A stretch of DNA of 64,000 bases, taken from the NCBI RefSeq assembly GCF_009834535.1, contig NC_045697.1:30196001-30260000 (forward strand), written 5' to 3'. This document shows positions 49,910 through 61,600 of this stretch, piece by piece. The DNA is from Camelus ferus. Taxonomy: Eukaryota. The position numbers and the translations under genes are program-made. Below the pieces are notes generated by a model, which worked only from the letters and a program-made list of their open reading frames with translations, was not told where the DNA came from and did not search any database. The stretch's first letter is position 1, and every line of letters starts with the position of its first letter.

Positions 49910-50910
49910 TATAAGATGGGAAATACTTCTCCATGCTATCAACTTTGGCCTTCACTGTATGACTTGCTTTAGTCAACGGAATGTGAGTGGATAAGCCAAA
50001 TCCAAACAGAGGCTTCAATCTCGTAGAGATACCTGCCCTCCTATGTTCTTTGCAGCATTACTCACAATAGCCAAGATGTGGAAACAACCTAAGCGTCCAT
50101 CAGTGGATGAATGGGTAAAGAAGATGCAGTACATATATTTACAATGTAATATTATACAACCATGAGTAAGAAGGAAACCCTGACATTTGTGACAACCTGG
50201 ATGAACCTGAGGGCATTACGCTAAGTGAAGTAAATCAGAGAAAGACAAATACTGTATGATATCATGGAATCTAAAATATGGAATCTAAAAAAGTCAACCT
50301 CAGAGAAACTTAGTGGAGTGGTGGTTACCAGGGACTGGTGGTAGGGGAAATGAGGAGATATTGTCAAAGGGTACAAACTTCCAGTTATAAGATTATCCAG
50401 TTAACAGATTAAAAACAAGATCTAATGGCCACAGCATGGTGATTATAGCTAATAATACTGTATCATATACTTGAATGTTGCTAAGAGAATATATCTTAAA
50501 TGTTCTGACCACAAAAAGGAATGGTAACTATGTGAAAGGATGGAGGTGGTGGCTAATGCTATGGTGGTAATGGCTGTGCAGTTTGTAAGTGTATCAAATC
50601 ATCACATTTGTACAGCACAAACTTACACAATGTTATGTGTCAACTGTATCTCAATAAAGCTGGGGAGAAATAAAACAGAGGATCCAAATGTACTTGCATG
50701 ATGCAACTTGACTTCTTAAGCTCCTGTCATCTGTCACAAGAACACGTGCAGGTAGAGGTACCAGAATGAAGAGATAGAGGTAGCAAACCTGAGACGAGCC
50801 TGGCAGAACCAAGCAAAGCTACTGCCAACCCCACAGATCCAGGAGTAAGAGAGAGTGCTGTCCAACACTGACATGGGAGATTATTACAGCATAAGTTGCC
50901 TAATACACAA
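49910..50910 (+). mobile_element. Old MaLR LTR (MLT1H/I-like) split by L1
   Basis: tgtatgacttgctttagtcaacggaatgtgag...[L1]...ccaaccccacagatcc. Confidence 0.65.
50019..50672 (+). mobile_element. L1MA-like 3' end with TSD
   Basis: ttgcagcattactcacaatagccaagatgtggaaacaacctaag...tatctcaataaagctggg; TSD aaacagaggcttcaa / aaacagaggatccaa. Confidence 0.92.
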
Positions 50911-51394
50911 GGTCACCTTGATCCACAGTTTGGGCCTTTTCCACTTTGCTCTATTGCTTCTCATCCTCAGTCTTTCAAGGAGCTTCCCCCATTAGCCTAG
51001 TTTTCCTAGTATTTTTATTCTTTATGTTCTTGGTAAAAATAGTAGAAATTTTCTTTTTATCCTTTTTATAGCTGTGATACAAGGTCCTCAAAAGATCCCA
51101 ACATAAAAGTAAGAAGAGTGATCCCTTGAAAGTGAGAGAGAGAGGTAGATGATAGACAGACAGATAGACTTTTCAAAGCCCATCTACTTATGTTACTATT
51201 GTTTTGATGCTTACTACCTGGTGAGGTAGGCAGGACACTCCTGCCACAAGATCAGTCCTCAATGCCTGTTTACCAAATGAAACAATCAGTATTTATTTTG
51301 CTTAAGAGACAACAGAAGAGTCAGATATTGAATCATCATCATCATCATCTTTGGGTTTATAGTCCAGCCACGGCCGCTTCTGGGCTCTAATCCC

Positions 51395-51785
51395 TACCCT
51401 ACTCCTGTCTTCTTTTAGTGATAGAAACCTAGAGTTGGGCACACGGGCACCAGGAAAAACTACATTTTCCATGCTGTTTTGCCATTCACTGTGGCCACGT
51501 GGCTTAGGCCTGGTTAATGGGATTTTAACAATTTCCAAGTCAGGATCTTGAAAGAAAAGTCGTGTTCCTTCCCTTTCCTTTCCTCCTTCCTTCTTACTGG
51601 AACCAGACATAATGGTAGTAACTGAAACAGCCATTTGATCATGAGAGGGGAGCCTAGGGTACATGAACTTTTACATGAAAAAGAAATAAAATTGTATCTT
51701 TGTAAGCCACTGTATTGTGAGCTACCACTCTTTTGTTTTTTGTTTTGTTTTTTTACAGTAACCTAACATATATCCTAATTGATGT
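51395..51785 (+). mobile_element. MaLR solo LTR (MLT1J/K-like)
   Basis: actacattttcca...tgtggccacgtg...agaaataaaattgtatctttgtaagccactg. Confidence 0.75.
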
Positions 51786-51925
51786 GGTAGGTGTGATTAC
51801 TTTTTTCAGATGAGAAAATTGAGGTTCAGATTGATTAACTTTCATCAAGCTCGCACAATCAGTTAACAGTAGAGCTGGGACTTGAATCAGGGCTGACTGA
51901 TGCCCGAGGCCAGGCTCTGTGTCCC
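51786..51925 (-). mobile_element. MIR SINE
   Basis: tttcagatgagaaaattgaggttcaga...agagctgggacttgaatcagg. Confidence 0.8.
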
Positions 51926-52688
51926 TACGCGCACCAGCCTCCCGAGGGTAGGCTTTACACCTGCGGCTCACTTTTCTCTTGCTCCATTGCTAAGCTTTCA
52001 ATTACAAGGACAGTATTACAGAAGGTGAAATTTTCTTCCCCATTAAGGAAGAAACCTTCTTCAGATCTGCCTGAGGAGGAAGAGTTATGTTCTCTGGCAT
52101 GGAGAAAAAATATTCAACTACAAGAGAACGAATCAGGGCAGCCCACATCGTGTGCAGGCAACAGTGAGATGAGGGCCCCACGTGATCCTCTGGATGTGCA
52201 GGAAGGAAAACGTTACAGCTTCTGCTTGTATTTACAGTTTTAGCTTTAAAATTCAGAGACGTAACTTAAGTAACATGTGAACTCTGGCTGGACATTGCTG
52301 CTTTCATTCAGCCCCTCTGTCAGAGATTCGTGTGTCCAACGGTCTCTCCCAGGAAAGGGCAGGAGCACCCTTAGGTTCCTGACATAACTGTCTGCTGGTG
52401 GCATGGTGAAGCAGGTTGCAATTTCGAGTGTGCCCAGTTTAATGGGTCAAGAGATATATTGTCTACTTTTAACTAAACCAGACAAGTAGAAAAGTGGCTT
52501 AAAAAGAGAAACCACGAACCGCTGATCATACAAATGAAGAGAGCACAATTTGAAAATGGCAGAATTTTTCCTTCTACTCTTAGAAAGAGTCTAAAAACAA
52601 CAACAACAACAAACGATGGTCTAATCAGATCTGAAATGTCAGATAAACAGTTTTGAAATTGTCTTATATAAACTATGGCTAACATATA

Positions 52689-52850
52689 GGGGAGAGGGTA
52701 TAGCTCAAGTGGTAGAGCACATGCTTTGTATGTATTAGGTTCTGGCTTCAATCCCCGGTACCTACTCTAAGAATAAATGAATAAGTCTAATTATTTCCCC
52801 CCATCAAAAAACAAAAATAAATGTTTGAAGGTACTAAAAAAATTTTGTTT
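52689..52850 (+). mobile_element. tRNA-Ala-derived SINE (Vic-1-like), more diverged copy
   Basis: gggtatagctcaagtggtagagcacatgc; diverged TSD tatggctaacatata / tatggttagcataca. Confidence 0.88.
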
Positions 52851-53639
52851 AATATGGTTAGCATACACTCTCATTAACAATGACCTTCAACCCAAGTATA
52901 TATTAAGCCTTAAGATATCGGCTAATGATTGTGTTAAGCCATCACAATTAGGAATACATTTTAAACTACAGGTGATTTCCTTTATATGTTTCATCATGCT
53001 AAAATTTTTACCTTTGTGTGTGTATTATAATTTCACACTATATAAGAATAGTGATAGATGGTATATAAATACATATACATATATATGAATACTAAGTGTA
53101 TGTCATGTATAAGTGAATATATAGTACTTATTTTGAGAGTGCATGCTTTAAAGTCTTTTACTAATAAAGGACACAATCCAAAAGGAAAGTTTATCCCATC
53201 TGAAAGATGATTCTAGCAATTTTATCAGCTAAGAGAATAAGCATGTCTGGTCTTCATCTTACGAGTTTGGTGCACAGGGCTTGGCATACAGCTAGATGTG
53301 AGTAGGGAAATGTCATACAGAAGCCTCAACACTTGGTCTTGGAGAAGACAGATTTCTTTCTGTATGCTATGTTTTTCCTCAATGCAATAACCTGTTAAAT
53401 CATGGAATTAAATTATTTCACATCAGACCAGCACATATTGGATAAATTGAAATGAGTTAAAATGGAATTTCTGTATGATAGGGTATTATGCATGTGAAAA
53501 GTGTCAAACTAAGATTCTGTCATTTTTATGTACAAACAAGTATTGCCAACCATCTTTGAATAGTGCAAATTGCCATTTCATTGAGTGTCTATAATACGGG
53601 TGAATTTTTGTCCGTATTCAAGAGAATCCTTGCAACAAT

Positions 53640-53980
53640 AGCAATAAAATGAGCATTTACATACATCTTGGTGGCGGGCACTGTTCTGAGCACTCTGTAT
53701 GTGTTAACTCACATCATTCTCATATTAACTCTCAAACTTTTGTACCTTTATCCCCATCTTCCTGATGACGACACTGAGCACAGAGAATTTAAGCATCTCA
53801 CCCAAGACAGCAATAACAGAGCCTGGATTCAGCTCTAGGTATCCTAACCCCAACTTCATGCTTTTAGCCACTCTGTTTCACTGCTAACAAACTAACCAGG
53901 TGCATATTATTAGTTCCATTTTATAGACGAGAAAAGTGAAGCCCTGGGTGGTAAAACCAGGACTTGCACTCAGCCTAACT
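53640..53980 (-). mobile_element. Two adjacent MIR fragments
   Basis: ggcactgttctgagcact...tccccatcttcctgatga...actgagca; ccattttatagacgagaaaagtga. Confidence 0.75.
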
Positions 53981-54339
53981 GAACCAACCGTCTCCACCAT
54001 CTCCACCACACTCTGCTGCCTTTTTAACGCCAATATTGTAAGGGTTGGTCCAGTCCCAGGAGAATATTGGGGGGGCAATACTGTATCTTGTTAGCTAAAC
54101 CATTCTTTATAAAAAATATTATTAGTAGGAGAAATGTCAGCTCTGCTACTTCTTATTATTTGCTTTGCTTGCAAAAGTCAGAAAGTTGAAGTATTTTTTC
54201 TTTTTAGAGAAAGTTTAACATACATTCAGAAAAATGCAGGTATCTTAAGTGCACAGATCAATGAATTTTCACAGACTGAGAATTAGCACTCTCTTCAATC
54301 TGCAGTTTCTCTTTTTAAGGCCCATTTTGTGAGGGTTTG

Positions 54340-54730
54340 TTTAGTTAAATGCACATTAATAGTTGCAAACTCAAACCGTATAATTGATCAAATACTACAG
54401 ATATTTATTTCCTGCTCTTGGAAAGAACAAAACAGGTGTTCCTGATTATCAGCAGCTCTCCTCCACATGATAATTCAGAGCCAGAACCCTTCTACCTTGT
54501 GGCCCTACCATCTGCTACTTGTGTTTTCTAAGGTTACAATGTTGTGACCTAAGGAAAGCCTGGACGATCCTGGGTTGGAGGTGTTCATGGCTTGTATCAC
54601 TTCTGCTAATGCTCCAATGGCTGGACCATGTGCCCACACCTCACGGTGAAGGAGGGAAAACAGAGTCTAGCAATGTGCCCAGGAAGAAGAGCAAACAGGC
54701 TCAGCCTTTGGAGCTAGACCCTGCCACAAT
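54340..54730 (-). mobile_element. Old MaLR LTR (MLT1K/L-like)
   Basis: ctctcctccacatgataattcagag...atcacttctgct...tgtgcccaggaagaag...ctgccaca. Confidence 0.7.
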
Positions 54731-55699
54731 GGAACTTAGCAAACACAGAGAAAATTCTAAACAATTGATATTCAAACTTCAAATCCTCTTTAATCCTTAA
54801 ATCAAGTCCCGTTAAAAGACCTCCACTAAATAACATGAAATTTATTGTAAATAATACTGTATTTTGTCACTTTAAAGTAAACAAAACCACCTTTCTTTTT
54901 TAATGATTTATAATTAATATATTTAAAGTAATTCAAGCCAATTTTTTCTACTGTTAGATGAAATTGTGCAATTACAGAATTTTAATTTTGAAAGAAATCT
55001 AGTGTTTGTCTCTCACTTAGCAAAGGAGAAAACTGGGAACAGAGAGGACGGGAAGCTTGGTCAAGGTCACACAGCTGCTTACTGAGGTTTCCCTGCAGAG
55101 TTATAACATTCTTCTGTTACAAGCTTTAACTTCCTCAAGTAAAATGTCCTTCATGTCAAAATATAATTTAAACTTTTCTAAAGACATTTTTTTTCCATTT
55201 CTCCCCATTAGGGAAATTACTTTTCCTCTTTGTTCAAGGAATTGATATCTCAAAGGGCAAAACATCCAAAATAAAAAGAAGTTCCTGAAGAATTCTTTTC
55301 ATCCATACATGAATCCAAGGAGCATTCTGTTCTCTTTTAAACTGAGAAATATCTCGAGCCTCCCCCACGTATCCCATAACTTTCTGAGGGTGAATAAAGT
55401 GGTATAATCTGTTCAGCCCACATTTTCTAGAGTAAGGGGACTGTATTTCTAAAGGTATGTATCAGTTATTTCCTAGTTTGTTTGTTTGGTTGGTTCTTTA
55501 ATGAAGAAACCTGGTTGACTGGTAACTGTGCTTTTTGAAAAATTAAATTCCAAATATATGGCATCTACAAATATTTATGGAGCACTCACTCTGGGCCAAG
55601 TACTGTGCTCAACAATGACAAGCCAAAGACTGTCTCTTTTCCTTTCTTATTTTTATCACTCTTCTCTTGAGAAAGAATTTAAATAATGTGTAGAGTATT

Positions 55700-56330
55700 T
55701 TTCCTTTTTCAGAAAAGTATATATTCAGAAAAATTTCCCCAAAATACAGATATCTCAGGTGTACAGCTCAATGAATTTCCACACACTGAATAGACTTATG
55801 TAACCAGTACTCAGAATAAGAAATAACAAATTCTCAGCTCCGTAGAGGAGCTGTGTCCTTCCAATTGCTAATCCTCCAAGAGAAATCATCGCCCTGACTT
55901 CTCACAGATTAGTGTGAAATTATGAAAATTATGAAATCACATAATATGCTCTCTTTTGCGTCTGGATTCTTTAGTTATGCCTGTGAGATAAATTCATATT
56001 ATTTATATTTGCCACTTGTCAATGTCTCTTACAGTAGTATAAATACTATGTATGGTTTAAATATGCCACAATTTATTTAGCCATTCTCCTGTTGATGGGA
56101 ATTTGTGTGTTCTTAGTATTAAGGCCATTGTGAACAGGCTGCTATGAACATCCCTATAAGGGTCTTTTGGAGAACTTGTATATGTATTTCTGCTGGTTAT
56201 ACAGCTAAGAATACAATGATTGGGTCATACATACGATGCATATAGGTTAAGCCTTAGTGTAGACTGTTACCAAAGTGGTTATACCAATTTACATCCCCTA
56301 ATCATCTATGAGAGTTTTTGTACCAAGTAT
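55700..56330 (-). mobile_element. L1MB/MC-like 3' fragment
   Basis: tgtacagctcaatgaattt, ccattctcctgttgatggg, gctgctatgaacat, ccaaagtggttataccaatttaca. Confidence 0.85.
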
Positions 56331-56389
56331 TTTTTAATGCATCAATAAGTAAATAAAATAAGTAAGGAATATTCAGAGGCCAGAAATTA

Positions 56390-56960
56390 AATAATAAAGC
56401 AGGAATCCAGAAAAGTGCTCAGGGCCTGGAAGTCAATCTCCACCAGGAAACATTTGCTGAGCACAATGATTTGGGGCTTGGAAATTTCACGGCCTGAAGG
56501 GACATGGGGATGAAAGACAAAGGGCCCAAGTGAGGGTGGACCAGAAATACAATTATTCCTGAAGCAGTTAGCGAGAAAATTGCCTTTCTTAAAACGTGGC
56601 ACTAAGGAGCAGAGGGCAAAGAGAAATCCACCCTGATAATTCAGAACCAAAAGCGGCCCATGCAAAGGTTTGTAGCCCAAATTCATGTTACCTTAGAAAT
56701 CTAAAAAAAAATCTCAAGCCTAGAATTTAGTTTAAAGTAGTTCTGAATGGGTAGTTTACCCAAGGAACCTAGAAAAAAGAAAAAAAAAATCATCCTTCAA
56801 ATCAAAGGAATTCCCAAAGAATTACCCAAAGAGCAAGAGCTCGTGGTAAAAACAAACAAACAAAAACATCACAGAACACACAAGAAATCAAGACACCGTG
56901 AGCAAGAGCTACCAGAAACGTTGGACAGCAACACTGGAATTATCACAAAAGATAAATAGA
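56390..56960 (+). mobile_element. HAL1/L1ME 5'-region-like fragment
   Basis: ggtttgtagcccaaattca...ctcaagcctagaatttagtttaaagt...aaacatcacagaacacacaagaaa. Confidence 0.55.
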
Positions 56961-57106
56961 ATAGCCTTACTATCACTGGAGTTTCCATAGCACAGAGTTC
57001 CTATTTCTATCACTTACGACCACTGTTACGTTTGTGATTTTCTGTCCCGTGGAGTGGGAGTAAAGCTCACTAAACGATTTTGTTTCTTTAGCAAAAATTA
57101 ATCTAT

Positions 57107-57413
57107 CCAAAGTTTCCCAATTTCAGTCCCTGACGTACCACCTTCCATGGTTTCTTCCATATTGTGGTACCATTATACTTTTATATACTCAATATTTCAC
57201 TTAAATGGACTTATTTTGAGAAAATGCATAGTCCTACCTTAGCCTAGCCCTAGGCAATAATATCCCAGAATCACAATTGTGATGTACAAATTATATTTCC
57301 AATACAATGGAAAATAAAGACCAACTATTACATTCTAAACATCTGTGTGGGTACTATCCAAAGTAATCTGGAGCACGGTCAGGGTTACATGAACTACACC
57401 TTACGAAACTGGG
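57107..57413. mobile_element. MER113-like hAT-Charlie element
   Basis: gtttcccaatttcagtc...cgtaccaccttc...gtaccattatac and a degenerate closing TIR. Confidence 0.6.
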
Positions 57414-58584
57414 CTGGAGCAGACCCCATGGAGTTGGTCAGTTTCATTTTGAGGAAAGAAAAGGTCAAGGGCAAGGTGAGGGCTGAGGGTAGAGACAGAA
57501 TAGAGAGCAGAGAATATGGGGGAGAGGCAGATGAAATGTCAAAAAAGCAAAGATGAATTTACCTAATTTACAGGTGTGTCTAGGAAGGGACCCATGCTCA
57601 TTGTCCGTCCCAGGTGGAAGCTGCCTTACAGGTCTCCTGGTTTCAGCAGTTAACTCTGTCTTAGCAGATGACATTCTCACAACTGATACACTTCCATTCC
57701 CAGGACATAGACTGTAAACACAATAGGCCTCCCCGACTCAAATAAAAACATAGTTGAGAGTACATGAATGCAAAATTGCTCTAATTTATTTTTAAGTTAA
57801 AATTAAAATTCACAAACTTCCATACTTTATTATTCATTTCCAATTACTTTCAACACATTTCACAACTGAAGACACAATCTAATCCAGTCACTCCATTTTA
57901 CAGATGAGGAAAGTAAAGCTCAAGAGGGTTGATTCCCCTGTCTGCCTCCTATGCTGCTTGCCCTACGCCTCTTTTTTCAGCCAAAGATTGGAACATAATG
58001 GATTTGGTTATTAAGTCAGTTGTCGCATTTCCTTAAGTAGCAATCTTTTCAAATAATGAATGAATTCTATCAGCGGTCCAAATCTCTGTGATAATAATCA
58101 AACTTATCTGGCCTGAATATGTTTCTCTGAGAGTAAGAAAGCCTATATTGGAATCCAAAAGAGGATCCTTGAGATCTTTGAGAGGATACATTTGGGTCCC
58201 TTTGGCTTCTGGGTCTCATTTCTAATGTAGCATTGCCACTCAGACTCAAGGAGAGATGGCTATTTGGTTTAGCAACCTAAGGTTCTCTGACTACATGAAA
58301 GAGGTCAAAATGAGCGAGAACTTCAGAATGCAGCCAAGCAAAGCTCCATTCTCCCACTTCTTCATTTAGGCAGATCTGGACAAGTAACAGTACCTCTCCA
58401 TAGTGGTCTGGAAAAGTTCACATGAAGTGGAAAGAAGATTAGGGGCTGTGCTTGCACTGAGGGAGGGAAAGAAAAATGGAAACCAATGGTTCTTTCCTCT
58501 TCCCATTTCTGTCTTCTCTCCTTCGCAGAAAGAAACCTAACAGAGACATCTAAAAATGGCTTTCATGGGAGCCTCTAAGCTCCA

Positions 58585-58602
58585 CAACACTAGGGGGCAC
58601 TA
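58585..58602 (+). promoter_or_regulatory. Candidate CTCF site
   Basis: caacactagggggcacta; one mismatch to the core CCASYAGRKGGCRS. Confidence 0.5.
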
Positions 58603-61600
58603 TTCCCACTGTATTTCATGACAGGGACTCCCAAGAGCACAACTCCATAGCATGTGATATAAGTGGCGTCCCTGGAGTTACGCAATGCAGGCCACATAGC
58701 AGCCACTAAATCACAGGAGTGGGAGGTTAACGTTTTTAGCTACAAGTTAGGCTTCCACCTTGGGAAAACAGCCCACCACAGCAAGGCTTTAATTTTTCTT
58801 CTTATCAACAAAAAAATTCTTGCTCTATTAAAAAAGATGAGTTCGCCCTTCTCCAGGGTAGACATTAATTAATTTGCATTTCTTCCAGGGCTCAGCTTAC
58901 GAAGTTTGAAGTAGTTAGGCAACTCCCAGCAGCAGAAGCCAAAATTCTGCTGCCAAAGGCACCCAGCCATACAAATACTCCCATCCTTGTTTGAAACTAC
59001 CTTTATGATAGCCCACGGGAGCCTCTTGCTTCAATCATAAATTATACATTTCTAGGAATGCTGCTTTTCTCTTCATTGACTGCCATTTCCAGGAAAGGGT
59101 TTTTCTTTTTTTTCTTTTTTTTCTTTTTTCTTTTACTGCACTCAATGGAAGTCTTTCTGCTGACATGGTCCATAATTAAAAATCAAAGTAATAAAGTGAC
59201 ATTCTCAAATTTGAATACTGGGTACAAAAAGCTTAATTGCCAGTCCTCCTGGCCAAATGGCACAGTGGCTCCAACATTAAGTCACAGAGATTTTCAAGAG
59301 AGTAATTAGATAGGGCTTTTAAAGTGCACACATTTAATTTTATTAGAACAAGTTTTAGAACCTTAAGACAAGCTGCAAATACTGAGCTGCAATTTTTTTC
59401 CTTTCACATTTTATTTATTAAAAAGTTATTTAACAACCACCACTAGTATCCAAGTAGATTATAACTGTTCAAACGACTAAACTAATAGGGAATGCCATGA
59501 ACGTTTTCTGGGTTTAAGGTGCTTGTTTACACGATCACAAATAAAAGTGAAAACACTGCAGAAACTTTTAGCACCCCAAGTGACCAATGCCCAGTGTCTG
59601 ACCTCATATAACAGAGCAAGGGGTTACTAAGCAAATTAATACTCTTCTCAGAATGAAGTTTCCTCAAGTCAGTTTAGTTTACAACGTCATTCCTTTCCCA
59701 GAGTATTAATTCAGTTAAACCAGTAGGGGAAAAAAGAACATTTAACATGTTCAATTTTTTTTTCTCTTGACCCCCAACATCTCCAAAACTAGAGGGAATA
59801 AACATGACTTACTGCTTCAAGACATTTATCCATAATAAATTAGATTTTGTTAAGTCCTTGTACTTTTTTCCCTAGGATATTACTGATAGAATATAATGGG
59901 CTTCTGAATATAGATGATTTTGGCCGCATAGGCCATTGAAATTGATTTTAAGAATTGAGACTGTTATGTAACTAACCTCTATTAGAACATGGACAGCAAA
60001 AATTTCAGAATTTTCATAATCTGGGAAGTCAATAATTTACCAAGTGTGATCTCTTTTTAGTAAGTTATCTTGAAGTAGAAAAAAAGATTTAGGTGTGTTT
60101 CCAATGTATTTTTCTAACTCCAATGCTGGAAAAGTGATTTTATTGAACCAGGTGATACAGTGGCGAGAACTGTTTTTATTTCAAGCACGGAATCTGTATT
60201 AAAAATAACACAGTTTCATGTCCCTCTTTCTGAATTTTCTCTGAGCACAAGGGAAAAAACACATTCCCTAATATGTTTTCTGGGTGCACTCTCTTTGTAA
60301 TATTTCCTTTGCAAAGGTCCTGTTCATATTTGTATCTTATTACTTTTCTTATACTGGATTTATTGATAGTTTCTAACAAAAATATGATTTCAGTATATTT
60401 ACTGAACAAAATTCAATATAACAGACCCCAATTCAATTTTTTTCATCAAAATGGAGAACAATAAAGAAACTAAAGTCCTCCGTTCAGACACATAGCATCA
60501 AAAAAACTTATATTGTTTAAAGAAATAATTCAATAAGGAGGAAGTGATAGATATTACTTAAAGAACAACATTAGCTTTGTTTATTTATCTGTGTTTCTAA
60601 TAATCTTGCCTCTAACTTAGTAAGTGACAAACATTTTTGGTGTTCCTAGGTTATTGAATCTCATATAAATACATTTTCTAAAAATAGGAAAAAATTTTTG
60701 GTTATGCATTTTTAGATACCTAGGGTCCACATTTACTGTTAATCGTCATTTCATGTTTTCAAATCTAATTTAAAAGAATTTTTAAAAACCTTACTGAGTC
60801 TGTTTCCCATATTATTTTGCTGTTGTGCCAGTATTTTTCGTAAGTTAATCATGTTTATGCTTTTGCATGTTTACAAGAGTTTGTATTCTGAATCTCTAAT
60901 GTCCTGCTTTCGAAGACCGATTACAGAGGGTTTTCTTCATTAACCATTAGGTAAAGGATTGAAAAATAACTTTGGTTTACAATAGATTTTCAGTTTAATG
61001 GATAGGTGTATTCATTATTTACCTGTTTTCAGTCTCTTGTGTATCGCCTAGTGATGATTATAGTTGTTTTAAAGATGATCCTCATTTAGGGTCTATTGCA
61101 TCATCCTGAGATTTAGTAATGATTTTAGATTTTCCACCTAAATTACAGGGCACTTTCCACTGAAAATGGTAAACAATATTACAAACTAAAAAAAAGAAGT
61201 AATCTGATTTCTGGGAAGAGGGAGCCCAGTGAAAGATGTGTGCTTTTATAAGGATGGACAATGGAAAGCAAAATAATAACTCCTAACTTTGATTGTTCAA
61301 ATATATTCTGCAATACAGAGAGCTGCATGCAGGCTGGAGCAGGCATGGGGCAGGAAGGTTAAGTAGAAGAGAAGGCACAATACTTCAGATTGGCAGTAGA
61401 CTGCAGCAAGAATAATCTAATCAAAACGAAATTAAATTATCTAGTCCCAGGGCAGGCTCCTGGGACTGCTGCATTGAATGCTAGCAGAACTCCTCCTAGA
61501 CATTTTTCCCCAGTCAAACTCACATGATGAATGCAGATGAAATTTGAAATATGAAAATCTGAAATAATTTATGGAAGTTGTCAGAAATTTGGCCTGCTTG

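Noticed and set aside
50264..50290. 13-bp direct repeat atggaatctaaaa
   Set aside because: Simple slippage-type duplication inside an L1 fragment
54195..55790. Similar ~90-bp segments at ~54195-54280 and ~55695-55790
   Set aside because: Both resemble minus-strand L1 3' tails, so independent insertions explain the similarity; a local duplication is not excluded but is unsupported
58929..58953. Hairpin gcagcagaa-7nt-ttctgctgc
   Set aside because: A 9-bp stem is too short for a pre-miRNA and is plausible by chance
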